Assembly (NCBI GenBank): GCA_038891175.1
Contig: JAWAET010000001.1
Location: 1 to 43,944 of the forward strand
Direction: 5' to 3'
DNA: 43,944 nt
From: Candidatus Pacearchaeota archaeon
Lineage (GTDB): Archaea; Nanobdellota; Nanobdellia; Pacearchaeales; GW2011-AR1
The first letter of the stretch is position 1. Every line of letters starts with the position of its first letter. The notes under the pieces were generated by a model, which was given only the letters and a program-made list of their open reading frames with translations, did no database searches and was not told the DNA's origin. A program made the position numbers and the translations under genes. Positions 34,580 through 43,277 of this stretch are shown here, piece after piece.

Positions 34580-35267
34580 ATTAATAAATAAAGCTGCATA
34601 CTTTCCAAAAAGAGAGATTCTTACAATAGCAGATATTCATTTAGGTTTTGAAGAAGAAATAATAAGAAGCGGAATACTCATACCAAAAAGACAATTAATA
34701 GAAATTGAAAGAGATCTAGAAGAAATTTTTAAGAAAGTAGATTATAAGGTTAAAAAAATAATTATTTTGGGAGACTTGAAACATAGTTTTGGAAGCGGAA
34801 CAAAAAAAGAAAAAAAAGAGATAATTTCTTTTCTAGATTTTTTAAAGAAAAAAATAAAAAGTACAGAAATAATCTTAGTAAAAGGGAATCATGATAATAT
34901 TATTGAAAGATTTATAGATGAAAAAATTAAAGAGTATTATTTAGAAGAAAAAACTCTATTTATTCATGGAGATAAAGATTCTCTTGAAAAGATAAAAGAA
35001 GTAAAAGAGAAATATGAATTAATAGTTATGGGACATTTTCATCCTGCAATTGATTTAACAGATGGAGAAAAAAAAGAGAGATTCAAATGTTTTATAGAAG
35101 GAGAAATAAAAAACAAAAAGATTCTTATCTTACCTAGTTTTTTTAATTTAATAGAAGGAATGAACATATTACAAAAAGGAGAGATTTCATTACTAAAAAT
35201 AAAGAAGAGAAAGATTAGCATAATAGACGATGAAGGAAAAGTATGGGACATATCTAAATTAAAATAA
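34569..35267 (+). CDS. PdeM-like metallophosphoesterase (Lhr-associated MPE)
   Basis: TIADIHLGFE, ILGDLKHSFG, VKGNHD, GHFHP. It overlaps lhr by 11 nt. Confidence 0.75.
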   Translation: MKYKLINKAAYFPKREILTIADIHLGFEEEIIRSGILIPKRQLIEIERDLEEIFKKVDYKVKKIIILGDLKHSFGSGTKKEKKEIISFLDFLKKKIKSTEIILVKGNHDNIIERFIDEKIKEYYLEEKTLFIHGDKDSLEKIKEVKEKYELIVMGHFHPAIDLTDGEKKERFKCFIEGEIKNKKILILPSFFNLIEGMNILQKGEISLLKIKKRKISIIDDEGKVWDISKLK

Positions 35268-35348
35268 CGCTCCCACCAGGAATCGAACCTGGAAGCCCGT
35301 TAGGGCGCGGTTTTCGAGACCGCTGCACTACCATTGTGCGATGGGAGC
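35268..35348 (-). tRNA. tRNA-Ser (anticodon CGA), type II
   Basis: The reverse complement is GCTCCCATCGCACAATGGTAGTGCAGCGGTCTCGAAAACCGCGCCCTAACGGGCTTCCAGGTTCGATTCCTGGTGGGAGCG, with anticodon loop CTCGAAA and a long variable arm. It abuts the stop of the preceding CDS. Confidence 0.85.
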
Positions 35349-35416
35349 TAAATAAAAAACATAAGAGAAATATAAAAAACTTTTGAAAAAGCATTTAAAA
35401 AAGAAATTTAGGAAAA

Positions 35417-38400
35417 TTAAGAAAACAAACTTTTCAAATCAGTTTGCTTTTCCGTTTCTTTTCCAAAAATACTCTCTATATACATTTTAGTTAACTCTAA
35501 AGATTCTTTTGTATAAGAAGGGATTTCATAATTGTACGCAAGTTTCAAAGCATACTCTAAATATTTCTTTATGGCGCCTTCAGAGACTGTAAAAATGATT
35601 CTTCCATTACATTTATAACAAGAACCTTTGAGAGGAGGTCTTCTATACTTCTCGTTGCACATAACACAACGAAATTCTTGTTGAGAGAATTTTCTAAGAT
35701 TCCCTCTTATATCTCGAATAAAATGTCTTTCTAAAATCAGTCTTGCAACATCTGAAGAGTCTACTGCTCTTATTTTATTTACTAACTCCATCTGCTTCTC
35801 AACTTTATCTTTCATAGAAGGCAATGTTTTATAAGAAGAATTGAAAATTCCTATATGAATACTAGAAGTATTATGAGTAAACCCTATTTCTTCAAAAGAG
35901 TTTCTTTTTTCTTTTAGGAAGTTTTTTACGTTGTCAAATTTAATTTCGGAGGAATGCTTTCTTTGTTCAGCTAACCTATATAAATCTAAAGAGTATTTCC
36001 AACAAGTTTCTAAGTCTAAAATTTGATCGTCTACTTCTCCTTCTCTTATTCTAGTATTAAGAACTAAAGGAGCGTCTTGTGTTCCTCCTCTATGAGAAGG
36101 GAGATATTTTATAGAAAAGTTAAGAAGGACATCTAAGAGTAACATAATAGCAGCTTCGTCTCCATCACAGTCCCTTCTCATTGCTGCATGCATAAAAGGA
36201 CTCGCCAATAGTCCTTGCATCTTAGTAAAACCTATAATTCTTCCTACTACTCCTGCACAATTGTGAGGAGCCATACAAACTACTAAATGCCCAACCAAAT
36301 CTTCCTTTGTTTTTAAATTAAAAAAAGGAGGAAGATTATAAAACTTTTCTAAAAGTTCGTCTATAAATTTAGATACTCTAAAAAAGACTTCATCAGCTTT
36401 TTCATCTTTAGAAGAAGGACAAGAAGGAAGAAGAACGTCATGAGGCATTAATGTGACAATTTGGTTTTCGTCTACTAAATCATTACCGAAAGAGTCTTTC
36501 AAATAACCTAACTCTCTTAATTTATAAATAGGCGTTCCTATTTCTGAAGGTCTGAAATGGGTAAGAGGAATCTCTGTAGCATCATAACGAATTGTTCCAT
36601 CTTTGTTGACAGTTAAATTGTATTTGGCTCTTAAAATTCCTTTTGCAATATTTTCTACATCGTGAAACATATTTGATGTTCCTCTTACTCCTTTAACAAG
36701 AGGGGGGATTTCTTCTTTAGAAAGATTCAAAAGAGAAACTGCTTTCTCAAAATAATCTTTAATATAAACTTTTCTTTTATTGAAAGGAAAACACGATGAA
36801 TGATTGCATTTTTTGTCTAAATAGTCTCCACATTCATTACAAAAAAAGAAACGACGAGTTTCTTTACCACAGTAGATACAATAAGGATAAATAGACTCTT
36901 TTTTACAAGAATCACAAAAATAAAGAGAAAATTCTGCATTTACGTATCCTTTAGTATAGGCCTCGTTAATGCTCCTAAATCTTCCTCCCTCTTCTCCGAT
37001 ACTAAAAAGACAATTTGGACTACCGACAAGCTTTCTTAATTTAGCTTTTTCTGGCCTACCCATTCTTGCACCAATAAAATCGCCTGCTTTATCTTTGATA
37101 ATAAATTCTGAATTTTCATTGATAAAATCTAAAACTTCTTTATTTGTTTCTAAGAATTTTTCTCTTAATGTTTTGCTTTTTTCTTTAAAATTTTCCTTAG
37201 ATAAGCCAAGATTTACAAAAAAAGCCTCGGTTTCTTTAATAATTACATTTTCAAGAAAAACATCATGTTCTACACCTAAAAGTTCTAATGCTCTTTTTCC
37301 TAAAGAAAACTCTTGTCTAAAAGAAGAAGAAAAAGGAAGAACAAGGTTTTCATTAAAAGAACCTTTTGAAATCCAAAGAAGGAGATTAGAGAATTGTTCA
37401 GAGGTTATTTGAGACCAAAAAAAGATAAAAGAAGGATGAAGAGGTATTTGATACTTCTTACTTATTTCTATTGCTTCAGAGAGAGAGGGTTTAAATTCGA
37501 GAGGTTTAGAGATAAAATTTTTAAGTTTTTCATCGATTTGAGAATTTGTTTCTTTAATTTTCTCTTCCAATTCAAAGGCCCACCATTCTTCAACAAATCC
37601 GGGTTTAAGTAATTCTGAATTTCTATTAACGACGTCTCCTAAAGAAAAAAGTATATCTCCTAAATAGATTATTTCTGACACTTCATTATAAATATTTTTT
37701 GACTCTTCTAAACTTTTTATCTTCTTAACAGAACCATTTTTAAATTTAACAATAGGCCCCTCGATTAAATCACAAGGAGTAACAACACAACCTTTAGAAG
37801 GTCTTTCTAATTTTAATTGAGTTCCAGAGGAAATAAAGGAGTTAGAAAGAAACATCGTCGCTGGATGAATGGAAGTTGCTGAAAAACCAGAAACTCTTGA
37901 TCTCCCATAACGAAATCTAAAAGCACCGCTCCTAGAAGGATGGCCAAAAATAGGTCTTCCTGCTACAATGTCTTTTATATAAGTAGGAGTTACATCTTTG
38001 TCTCCTTTTTCTCTTTTTTTGTGAATTTCTACATATTTTTCTAAAAAGTTCCAATCGGACAAAGCAAAACCTTTTTTTCTTAAATTAGTAACCATACGAA
38101 GAATTTTTGCAGCTTTTTGTGCTAATCCTTCCGCAAAAACTAAACAAAATCCTCCTCTTATGTAATTAGTTTCTATTCTCTTTAAATCTTTAAAATTAGA
38201 AACTTGTTTATCTTCTGTTGGATCTCCATTTATTTGAATTGGGATATTTCTTGCCAAAAAAAGAATTTCTTCTTCTGTAGGAAAATATTGAAGATTGGTA
38301 ACTCTCTCATGATAGTCTACAATTTCCGTTAAAGTTCTTTTTATTTCTTCTTCGGTAGGATCATATTTTGCATAACCAAAAATCTCTCTTAAATAATCTA

Positions 38401-38902
38401 TTATAATCAAAGAGAAAGCAGCACCCGTTCCTCCTGCACTTCTTATAGGGCCTGAAAAATAAGGAACAAAATATTCCTCGCCAGAAGAAGTTTTATTTGT
38501 TTTTAAATGAGTAAATCCTTCTAAAGGAGAAGAAACAACTCCTAAAGTTATATAAGCAAAACCTACTCTTATTCCAGCATCTATCGCTTCTAGCAAGCTT
38601 CTAAACTTACAAAATTTTTCTTTAGCTATTTCTTCTGCTATTTTTAAAGAAACAGCAGGGTCTAATTTTCCATATTCTTCTTCTAGTTCTAAGATTCTTT
38701 TAGGAATAGAAGAGTCTTTCATTTGAGGGTAAATTGTAGAAATCAAACCGACGGACTTTTCAGCAAGGCTTGAGGCTAAAGGGACTTCAACTTCTTTAGA
38801 TAAATCTAAACCTTTGCTTCTAGCTAAAGAAGCAATTTTATACTCTTTCATCACATTTTCTAAAAGATTAGAAAAATATTTTTCAGTGAAGTTAAAGCTC
38901 AT
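35417..38902 (-). CDS. polC: DNA polymerase II (PolD) large catalytic subunit DP2
   Basis: Catalytic block AAMRRDCDGDEAAIMLLLD and the zinc modules CDSCKKESIYPYCIYCG, CNECG, CVMCNEKYRRPPLKGSCYKCNG. I place the start at the internal Met (MSFNFTEKYF, ATG at 38902), overlapping the DP1 stop. The 25 codons upstream in the listed ORF overlap DP1. Confidence 0.9.
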   Translation of the reverse strand: MSFNFTEKYFSNLLENVMKEYKIASLARSKGLDLSKEVEVPLASSLAEKSVGLISTIYPQMKDSSIPKRILELEEEYGKLDPAVSLKIAEEIAKEKFCKFRSLLEAIDAGIRVGFAYITLGVVSSPLEGFTHLKTNKTSSGEEYFVPYFSGPIRSAGGTGAAFSLIIIDYLREIFGYAKYDPTEEEIKRTLTEIVDYHERVTNLQYFPTEEEILFLARNIPIQINGDPTEDKQVSNFKDLKRIETNYIRGGFCLVFAEGLAQKAAKILRMVTNLRKKGFALSDWNFLEKYVEIHKKREKGDKDVTPTYIKDIVAGRPIFGHPSRSGAFRFRYGRSRVSGFSATSIHPATMFLSNSFISSGTQLKLERPSKGCVVTPCDLIEGPIVKFKNGSVKKIKSLEESKNIYNEVSEIIYLGDILFSLGDVVNRNSELLKPGFVEEWWAFELEEKIKETNSQIDEKLKNFISKPLEFKPSLSEAIEISKKYQIPLHPSFIFFWSQITSEQFSNLLLWISKGSFNENLVLPFSSSFRQEFSLGKRALELLGVEHDVFLENVIIKETEAFFVNLGLSKENFKEKSKTLREKFLETNKEVLDFINENSEFIIKDKAGDFIGARMGRPEKAKLRKLVGSPNCLFSIGEEGGRFRSINEAYTKGYVNAEFSLYFCDSCKKESIYPYCIYCGKETRRFFFCNECGDYLDKKCNHSSCFPFNKRKVYIKDYFEKAVSLLNLSKEEIPPLVKGVRGTSNMFHDVENIAKGILRAKYNLTVNKDGTIRYDATEIPLTHFRPSEIGTPIYKLRELGYLKDSFGNDLVDENQIVTLMPHDVLLPSCPSSKDEKADEVFFRVSKFIDELLEKFYNLPPFFNLKTKEDLVGHLVVCMAPHNCAGVVGRIIGFTKMQGLLASPFMHAAMRRDCDGDEAAIMLLLDVLLNFSIKYLPSHRGGTQDAPLVLNTRIREGEVDDQILDLETCWKYSLDLYRLAEQRKHSSEIKFDNVKNFLKEKRNSFEEIGFTHNTSSIHIGIFNSSYKTLPSMKDKVEKQMELVNKIRAVDSSDVARLILERHFIRDIRGNLRKFSQQEFRCVMCNEKYRRPPLKGSCYKCNGRIIFTVSEGAIKKYLEYALKLAYNYEIPSYTKESLELTKMYIESIFGKETEKQTDLKSLFS

Positions 38903-40391
38903 CTTCAGAAAAATCCAATATTTTAATTTCTCTAGTTTTAAGGTTGAAAAGAGGAACTTTACAAGGATCTGGCTCATGACCTATCTTTTCTTCAAAAGGA
39001 GTTTTTGATTGCCAACAAGAAGAAGCTATAAGGAGGATATTATTATAATAAGAAATTTCAGGTCTATGTTGATCTCCGGTGCAAACTATATCTGGCACTT
39101 CTTCTATAACAGAAAAGTCTTTTCCAGGAGAAGGTATGTAGTCAAAATCTCCATGAGGAGAAGAAAGCAGTCTTCTCTTTAAAAATTCCTTAGTTACTCT
39201 TGCAGGAAATTTATGACCATACTTTGTTCTTAATTCTTCTATTCCTTCAATAACTCCGTGCATTGCTGCTCCGTGATAAAGAAGAATTTTAAAAGAGTTT
39301 TCTATTTCAACTAAAGAAGGATTAGAAACTAAGTAAACATTCTCCATATTATACAAAAAGGGAGCCCATTGTTTATCTATGGGTGGTTGTGGTTCTCCCA
39401 CCCATACCGCGTCGTGCTGACCTGGGCAAATTATTATTTTTATATCTTTTCTTAATAAAGAAAGATATTCATAAAGTTTTTTATATTGATCAGTAATGTT
39501 TTTTATAGAAAGAAATCTTTCTTGATCGGGATAAACTCCTACTCCATCAATTGTATCTCCTACAATAAAGAGATATTTAACTTTTTTTGCAATTTCTTCT
39601 TTTCCATTTTCTAAATTTAACCACTTAATAAATTTAAGAAAATTTTTTTCTAAAAACATAGAAGAGCCTACATGCAAATCAGAAGTAACTGCAATAAAAA
39701 TATCTTCATTTATTTTTTTTCTCGAAGGAAGAAAGATATCTGGCCAGAGAATATCATTTCCAAATAAAAAATCTTTGTTACCAGAAACTTTCATAAGAAC
39801 AACATCATCCAAAAGAACGCTTTTTGCTTTTTCAAAAACTTCAGGTTTGGAAGAAGAAAATAAGACTTTTGTTTTTCCTGTTAGGTCTTCTACATCGAAA
39901 ATAATATTATTATTTTTTGAAATTTTTTTATCTAAAACAGAAACAATAATAGAAGAGTTTTTAGAAGGAACTAATTTCCTTATTGAAGAAAGATTTTCTA
40001 TATTTCTTTGGAGGAAAATATTTCTTATTTGTTCATAACGAGCACGAAAGTAATCAACAAAATCAGAAATAGAAACTTTTTTAGAAGAAATTTTAAAAGA
40101 AAGAAGTATTTTTATAGAGTTATTTTTAAGAGGAGATTGTTCTTGTCTAGAAGAGAGAGGATTATTTGAAAAAAATTTTTTTTCTTCTTCAGAAAGAAAA
40201 AGAGATATTTTATCTAAATTATTAAGAAAATCTTCTTTTTTAAGAAAATTTTTTTTGAGATTTTCAAAAAGAAAGAGAATTATTTTTTTTGAAGATTCTT
40301 TGTTAAGATTTTGTAAAAGAGAAAAGAGTTCCTTTTCTAACAAGATATTTTTTTCTAAACAAAAATAAAAAAGTTCTTTTTCCTCTTTCAT
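38892..40391 (-). CDS. polB: DNA polymerase II (PolD) small exonuclease subunit DP1
   Basis: Calcineurin-like phosphoesterase motifs AVTSDLHVGS, IVGDTIDGVG, CPGQHD and CTGDQHRP. It lies between cdc6 and DP2. Confidence 0.9.
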   Translation of the reverse strand: MKEEKELFYFCLEKNILLEKELFSLLQNLNKESSKKIILFLFENLKKNFLKKEDFLNNLDKISLFLSEEEKKFFSNNPLSSRQEQSPLKNNSIKILLSFKISSKKVSISDFVDYFRARYEQIRNIFLQRNIENLSSIRKLVPSKNSSIIVSVLDKKISKNNNIIFDVEDLTGKTKVLFSSSKPEVFEKAKSVLLDDVVLMKVSGNKDFLFGNDILWPDIFLPSRKKINEDIFIAVTSDLHVGSSMFLEKNFLKFIKWLNLENGKEEIAKKVKYLFIVGDTIDGVGVYPDQERFLSIKNITDQYKKLYEYLSLLRKDIKIIICPGQHDAVWVGEPQPPIDKQWAPFLYNMENVYLVSNPSLVEIENSFKILLYHGAAMHGVIEGIEELRTKYGHKFPARVTKEFLKRRLLSSPHGDFDYIPSPGKDFSVIEEVPDIVCTGDQHRPEISYYNNILLIASSCWQSKTPFEEKIGHEPDPCKVPLFNLKTREIKILDFSEDEL

Positions 40392-40396
40392 GAATA

Positions 40397-41611
40397 TTAG
40401 AGTGAAAGATTATTTTTTAAAACTTCTTCTACTTTCTTTAAAACAGGAGGAGGAATCGCTAATTTTATTTCTCTTGTTCTTCCATGCCTACCTTTTGAGA
40501 TAACGATTGCATTAATAATTCCCAACATATCAAATTCTGCAATTATATCGGAAACTCTTCTTTGTGTTAAAACTTCTAATTTTAATTTTTTACAAAATTG
40601 TTGATAAAGATTGAAAACATCTCCTGTAAAAAATGCTTTTGAACGCTCATTTTCTTTTTGTTTGGAAAGAGTAATAATAGAATATAAAACTAATTGACAT
40701 TGAATAGGTTGATTTTCAACTAAATCGATAATTTTATCTTTTTCTATTTTTTCATTAGCTAAATCTAAATATTCTATAGAAATAAAGTTTTTACCATCTC
40801 TTTCGGCAAGTTCTCCTGCAATTCTTAATAAATCTAAAGCTCTACGAGCGTCTCCGTGTTCTCTTGCAGCTAAAGCAGCGCATTTTGAAATTACTGAGTC
40901 ATCCACCACATTTTCTTTAAAAGCTTCTTTACATCTTTCTCTCAAAATGTCTTGTAATTGTAAGGCATTGTAAGGAGGGAAAAGAATTTCTTCTTCCCCT
41001 AAAGAACTTTTAACACGGGGATCTAAATTGTCTAAAAAAGTAACATCATTAGAGATTCCTATAATAGAAATTTGAGCATTGGAAAGTTCTGAATTAAGTC
41101 TTAGAAGACTATAAAGAAAGTTATCAGATATTTTCTTAACGGCTTGGTCAATCTCGTCTAATATTAAAACAACTATTTGTTTTTTTGAATCTATAACTTC
41201 AACAAATTTGGAATAAAGAGCCTGAGTAGGAAGTCCTGTAATAGGTACTTCTTCTCCAAATTGTTCTAAAAGAGCAGCAAGTATTCTATACTCGGTATCG
41301 GAGACTTTTTTAAGTTTACAATTAAGATACTCTATTTTTAAAGAAGAATTTGTTTCTTTTGCTTTGTTAAGAAGTTCATCTTTCACATAGAGAACTGAAA
41401 GAGTTTTTCCAGTCCCTGTTTTCCCATAAAGAAAAACATTACTTGCTTTCTCCCCTCTCAAAGTAGGAGCTAAAATAGAAGCTAAAGTTTGAATTTGTTT
41501 CTCTCTGTGGGGAATAGATGAAGGACTATAATTTGCTTGAAGAACTTGCTTATTCTTAAATAAAGAATTTTTTAGTGCATTCTCAAAAATATCTTTTATG
41601 TTGACACTCAT
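40397..41611 (-). CDS. cdc6: Orc1/Cdc6 replication initiator
   Basis: Walker A YGKTGTGKT, Walker B VLILDEID, sensor and winged-helix C-terminus. I place the start at the internal Met (MSVNIKDIF, ATG at 41611). The listed 23-codon hydrophobic extension is probably not translated, and TTTATATATTTC lies about 20-30 nt upstream. Confidence 0.9.
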   Translation of the reverse strand: MSVNIKDIFENALKNSLFKNKQVLQANYSPSSIPHREKQIQTLASILAPTLRGEKASNVFLYGKTGTGKTLSVLYVKDELLNKAKETNSSLKIEYLNCKLKKVSDTEYRILAALLEQFGEEVPITGLPTQALYSKFVEVIDSKKQIVVLILDEIDQAVKKISDNFLYSLLRLNSELSNAQISIIGISNDVTFLDNLDPRVKSSLGEEEILFPPYNALQLQDILRERCKEAFKENVVDDSVISKCAALAAREHGDARRALDLLRIAGELAERDGKNFISIEYLDLANEKIEKDKIIDLVENQPIQCQLVLYSIITLSKQKENERSKAFFTGDVFNLYQQFCKKLKLEVLTQRRVSDIIAEFDMLGIINAIVISKGRHGRTREIKLAIPPPVLKKVEEVLKNNLSL

Positions 41612-41908
41612 AAAAAAGAAAGAAAGAAAGAAATATATAAATTTAAGTATACTAAAAAAAGTAGTAATAATTTTTTTCAAAGGAAAAAAGAGAGACCCCT
41701 TTATTTCCTTTAGAAATATTTAAAAAGAAAAGAAAGAAAAAAAATTTTTTTATTTTATTTAAAAGTTTTTCTATAATTTAATATATACTTTTTCTTTTTT
41801 TCGATTTCTTTCTTTTAGAATTATTTTCTCCACGAGAAATAAAGCTGTAGGAGTTTTTTTTAACTGAAAAATACAAAAATTTATAAACTCTTTATTTTTT
41901 TCTTTCTT
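41612..41908. other. Predicted chromosomal replication origin (oriC): inverted ORB-like boxes flanking an AT-rich unwinding element
   Basis: ACCCCTTTATTTCCTTTAGAAA (41695..41716) and the inverted, more degenerate TTTCTCCACGAGAAATAAAGCTGT (41825..41848) bracket about 108 nt of almost pure A/T. The region lies immediately upstream of cdc6-DP1-DP2. Confidence 0.65.
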
Positions 41909-42163
41909 ATGGAAAAGATACCTTACAAATCTTTTTTAGGAAAGTTAGTTGTAACTAAAGATGGAAGAAGATTGGGTCTTGTGAAAGATATTACTTTCGA
42001 AGTTAAAACAGGTGAAGTGATTAATCTCATTTTAAAAGATTTAACTGAACATGCAATTAATCTTTCCATTGAAAAAACAAAAAATAAAGAAGCTCTTATT
42101 CCTTTTCATTCAGTTATTGCTATAGGTGATTTTATAGTAGTAAGTGAAGAAGATTTTTTTTAA
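41909..42163 (+). CDS. PRC-barrel domain protein
   Basis: LGKLVVTKDGRRLGLVKDITFEVKTGEVINLIL...IPFHSVIAIGDFIVV is a typical small archaeal PRC barrel. Confidence 0.65.
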   Translation: MEKIPYKSFLGKLVVTKDGRRLGLVKDITFEVKTGEVINLILKDLTEHAINLSIEKTKNKEALIPFHSVIAIGDFIVVSEEDFF

Positions 42164-42166
42164 AAA

Positions 42167-42562
42167 ATGGAAAATAAAATCGAAATATCTCCTATCTCTT
42201 TTTCTAAAATTTTAGTACAAAAAAAAGAAAAACTCGAAGGTAAAATTTCCATTTCTCAAAATATTCATTTTTCTTCTTTTGAAAGAATAGATGAAAACAC
42301 TCTTAAAATCTCTTTTTCTTTTCAATTAGATTACAAAGAATTTGCGCAAATTATTTTAGAAGGATACTTTCATTTAAAGAGTGACAAAAAGATTTTAAAA
42401 AATATATTGGAAGGTTGGGATAAAAAAAATTTAGATCCTTCCTTTCAAAATCTTTTTTTAAATATTATTCTTAATAAATGTGTTATAAAATCTCTTCTCT
42501 TAGAAGAAGAATTTGGCCTGCCGCTTCATATAAAAATAAATACTCTCCCCAAACAAAATTAA
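42167..42562 (+). CDS. Hypothetical protein (faint SecB-like pattern)
   Basis: A long ORF 3 nt after the PRC-barrel gene, with an alternating beta-like N-half and a helical C-half (FLNIILNKCVIKSLLLEEEFGLPLHIKIN). No confident family. Confidence 0.4.
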   Translation: MENKIEISPISFSKILVQKKEKLEGKISISQNIHFSSFERIDENTLKISFSFQLDYKEFAQIILEGYFHLKSDKKILKNILEGWDKKNLDPSFQNLFLNIILNKCVIKSLLLEEEFGLPLHIKINTLPKQN

Positions 42563-42609
42563 TTTTAAAGGAATAAATTAAATTCTTTCCTTTTTTATCT
42601 AAAACTTTT

Positions 42610-43227
42610 TTAAAAACAGCAATTTATCCCTAAATTTACTCCTTTCTTCGTAGGAGTTACAGACCATTTTACATTTTTACAGATTCTTCTATAAGAATTA
42701 ATTGTGTTTACTATTTCACTTACAATATCTTTTTTGTTTTCCTCTATTTCTATGTAATTCATTACGCATCTTGTTGGAGGATCTAGTAGTAAACACTTAT
42801 ATTCTTCTTTACACTCTTTATCCTCTCCACATCTCTTTTTTCCAGAAGGTATGCATTCTTCTTTTATTTCTTCACCTACTTTTATTGTTAAACATTTTTC
42901 TTCACATTCTTCACATTTTTTTGTAGGATCACAACACAAATTTTCATCTATACAGCTTATTAAACCGCTACATTTCTTTTTTCCACTTGGAATACACTTT
43001 CCTTCTTCGCATTTTTCTATACACTCTTTACACTCTCCGCAGCTACCTCCACAACCATCATCTCCACATACTTTTTCTTTACAATCAGGTATACATCCTC
43101 CGCTCCCTTCTCCTGGACTCAAAAAAATATCTTCTCTTAAATTAGAATAAAAAAAACTTAAAGTTAATAAACTTCCAAGAATTAATGAAATTATTACTAT
43201 TATATTACCTCTTAATTCTTTTTTCAT
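42610..43227 (-). CDS. Cys-rich secreted or membrane-anchored protein
   Basis: N-terminal TM/signal IIVIISLILGSLLTLSFF, the CGDDGCGGSCGECKEC cluster, and the repeated CIPSGKK(K/R)C unit. Confidence 0.6.
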   Translation of the reverse strand: MKKELRGNIIVIISLILGSLLTLSFFYSNLREDIFLSPGEGSGGCIPDCKEKVCGDDGCGGSCGECKECIEKCEEGKCIPSGKKKCSGLISCIDENLCCDPTKKCEECEEKCLTIKVGEEIKEECIPSGKKRCGEDKECKEEYKCLLLDPPTRCVMNYIEIEENKKDIVSEIVNTINSYRRICKNVKWSVTPTKKGVNLGINCCF

Positions 43228-43277
43228 CTTTTTATTTATTTATTAATCTTTTTAAACTTTCTTTTTTTTATTTTTTC

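Noticed and set aside
19561-35348. tRNA genes abutting the stop codons of convergent CDSs with zero spacing (19560/19561 and 35267/35268), considered as a possible regulatory coupling
   Set aside because: This is most simply explained by extreme genome compaction, and there is no additional signal.
36969-37612. Listed + strand ORFs inside polD DP2, and similar antisense ORFs. These are 2269..2505, 8666..8893, 10171..10353, 10537..10737, 11879..12061, 14120..14338, 15606..15875, 17127..17327, 18605..18799 and 21089..21277. Also 26011..26337, 26697..26912, 27898..28110, 28578..28796, 31360..31587, 32851..33233, 35039..35251, 38814..39008, 39775..40038 and 42702..43150.
   Set aside because: All lie antisense to or nested within confidently identified genes. 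They have low-complexity F/L/S/K-rich translations typical of shadow ORFs in AT-rich DNA.
38903-38977. 25-codon N-terminal extension of the DP2 ORF, and similarly the 23-codon extension of cdc6 at 41612..41680
   Set aside because: The DP2 extension overlaps the DP1 coding end and is hydrophobic or low-complexity. The cdc6 extension is a poly-Phe/Ile stretch in promoter-like AT-rich DNA. Internal Mets give canonical N-termini.
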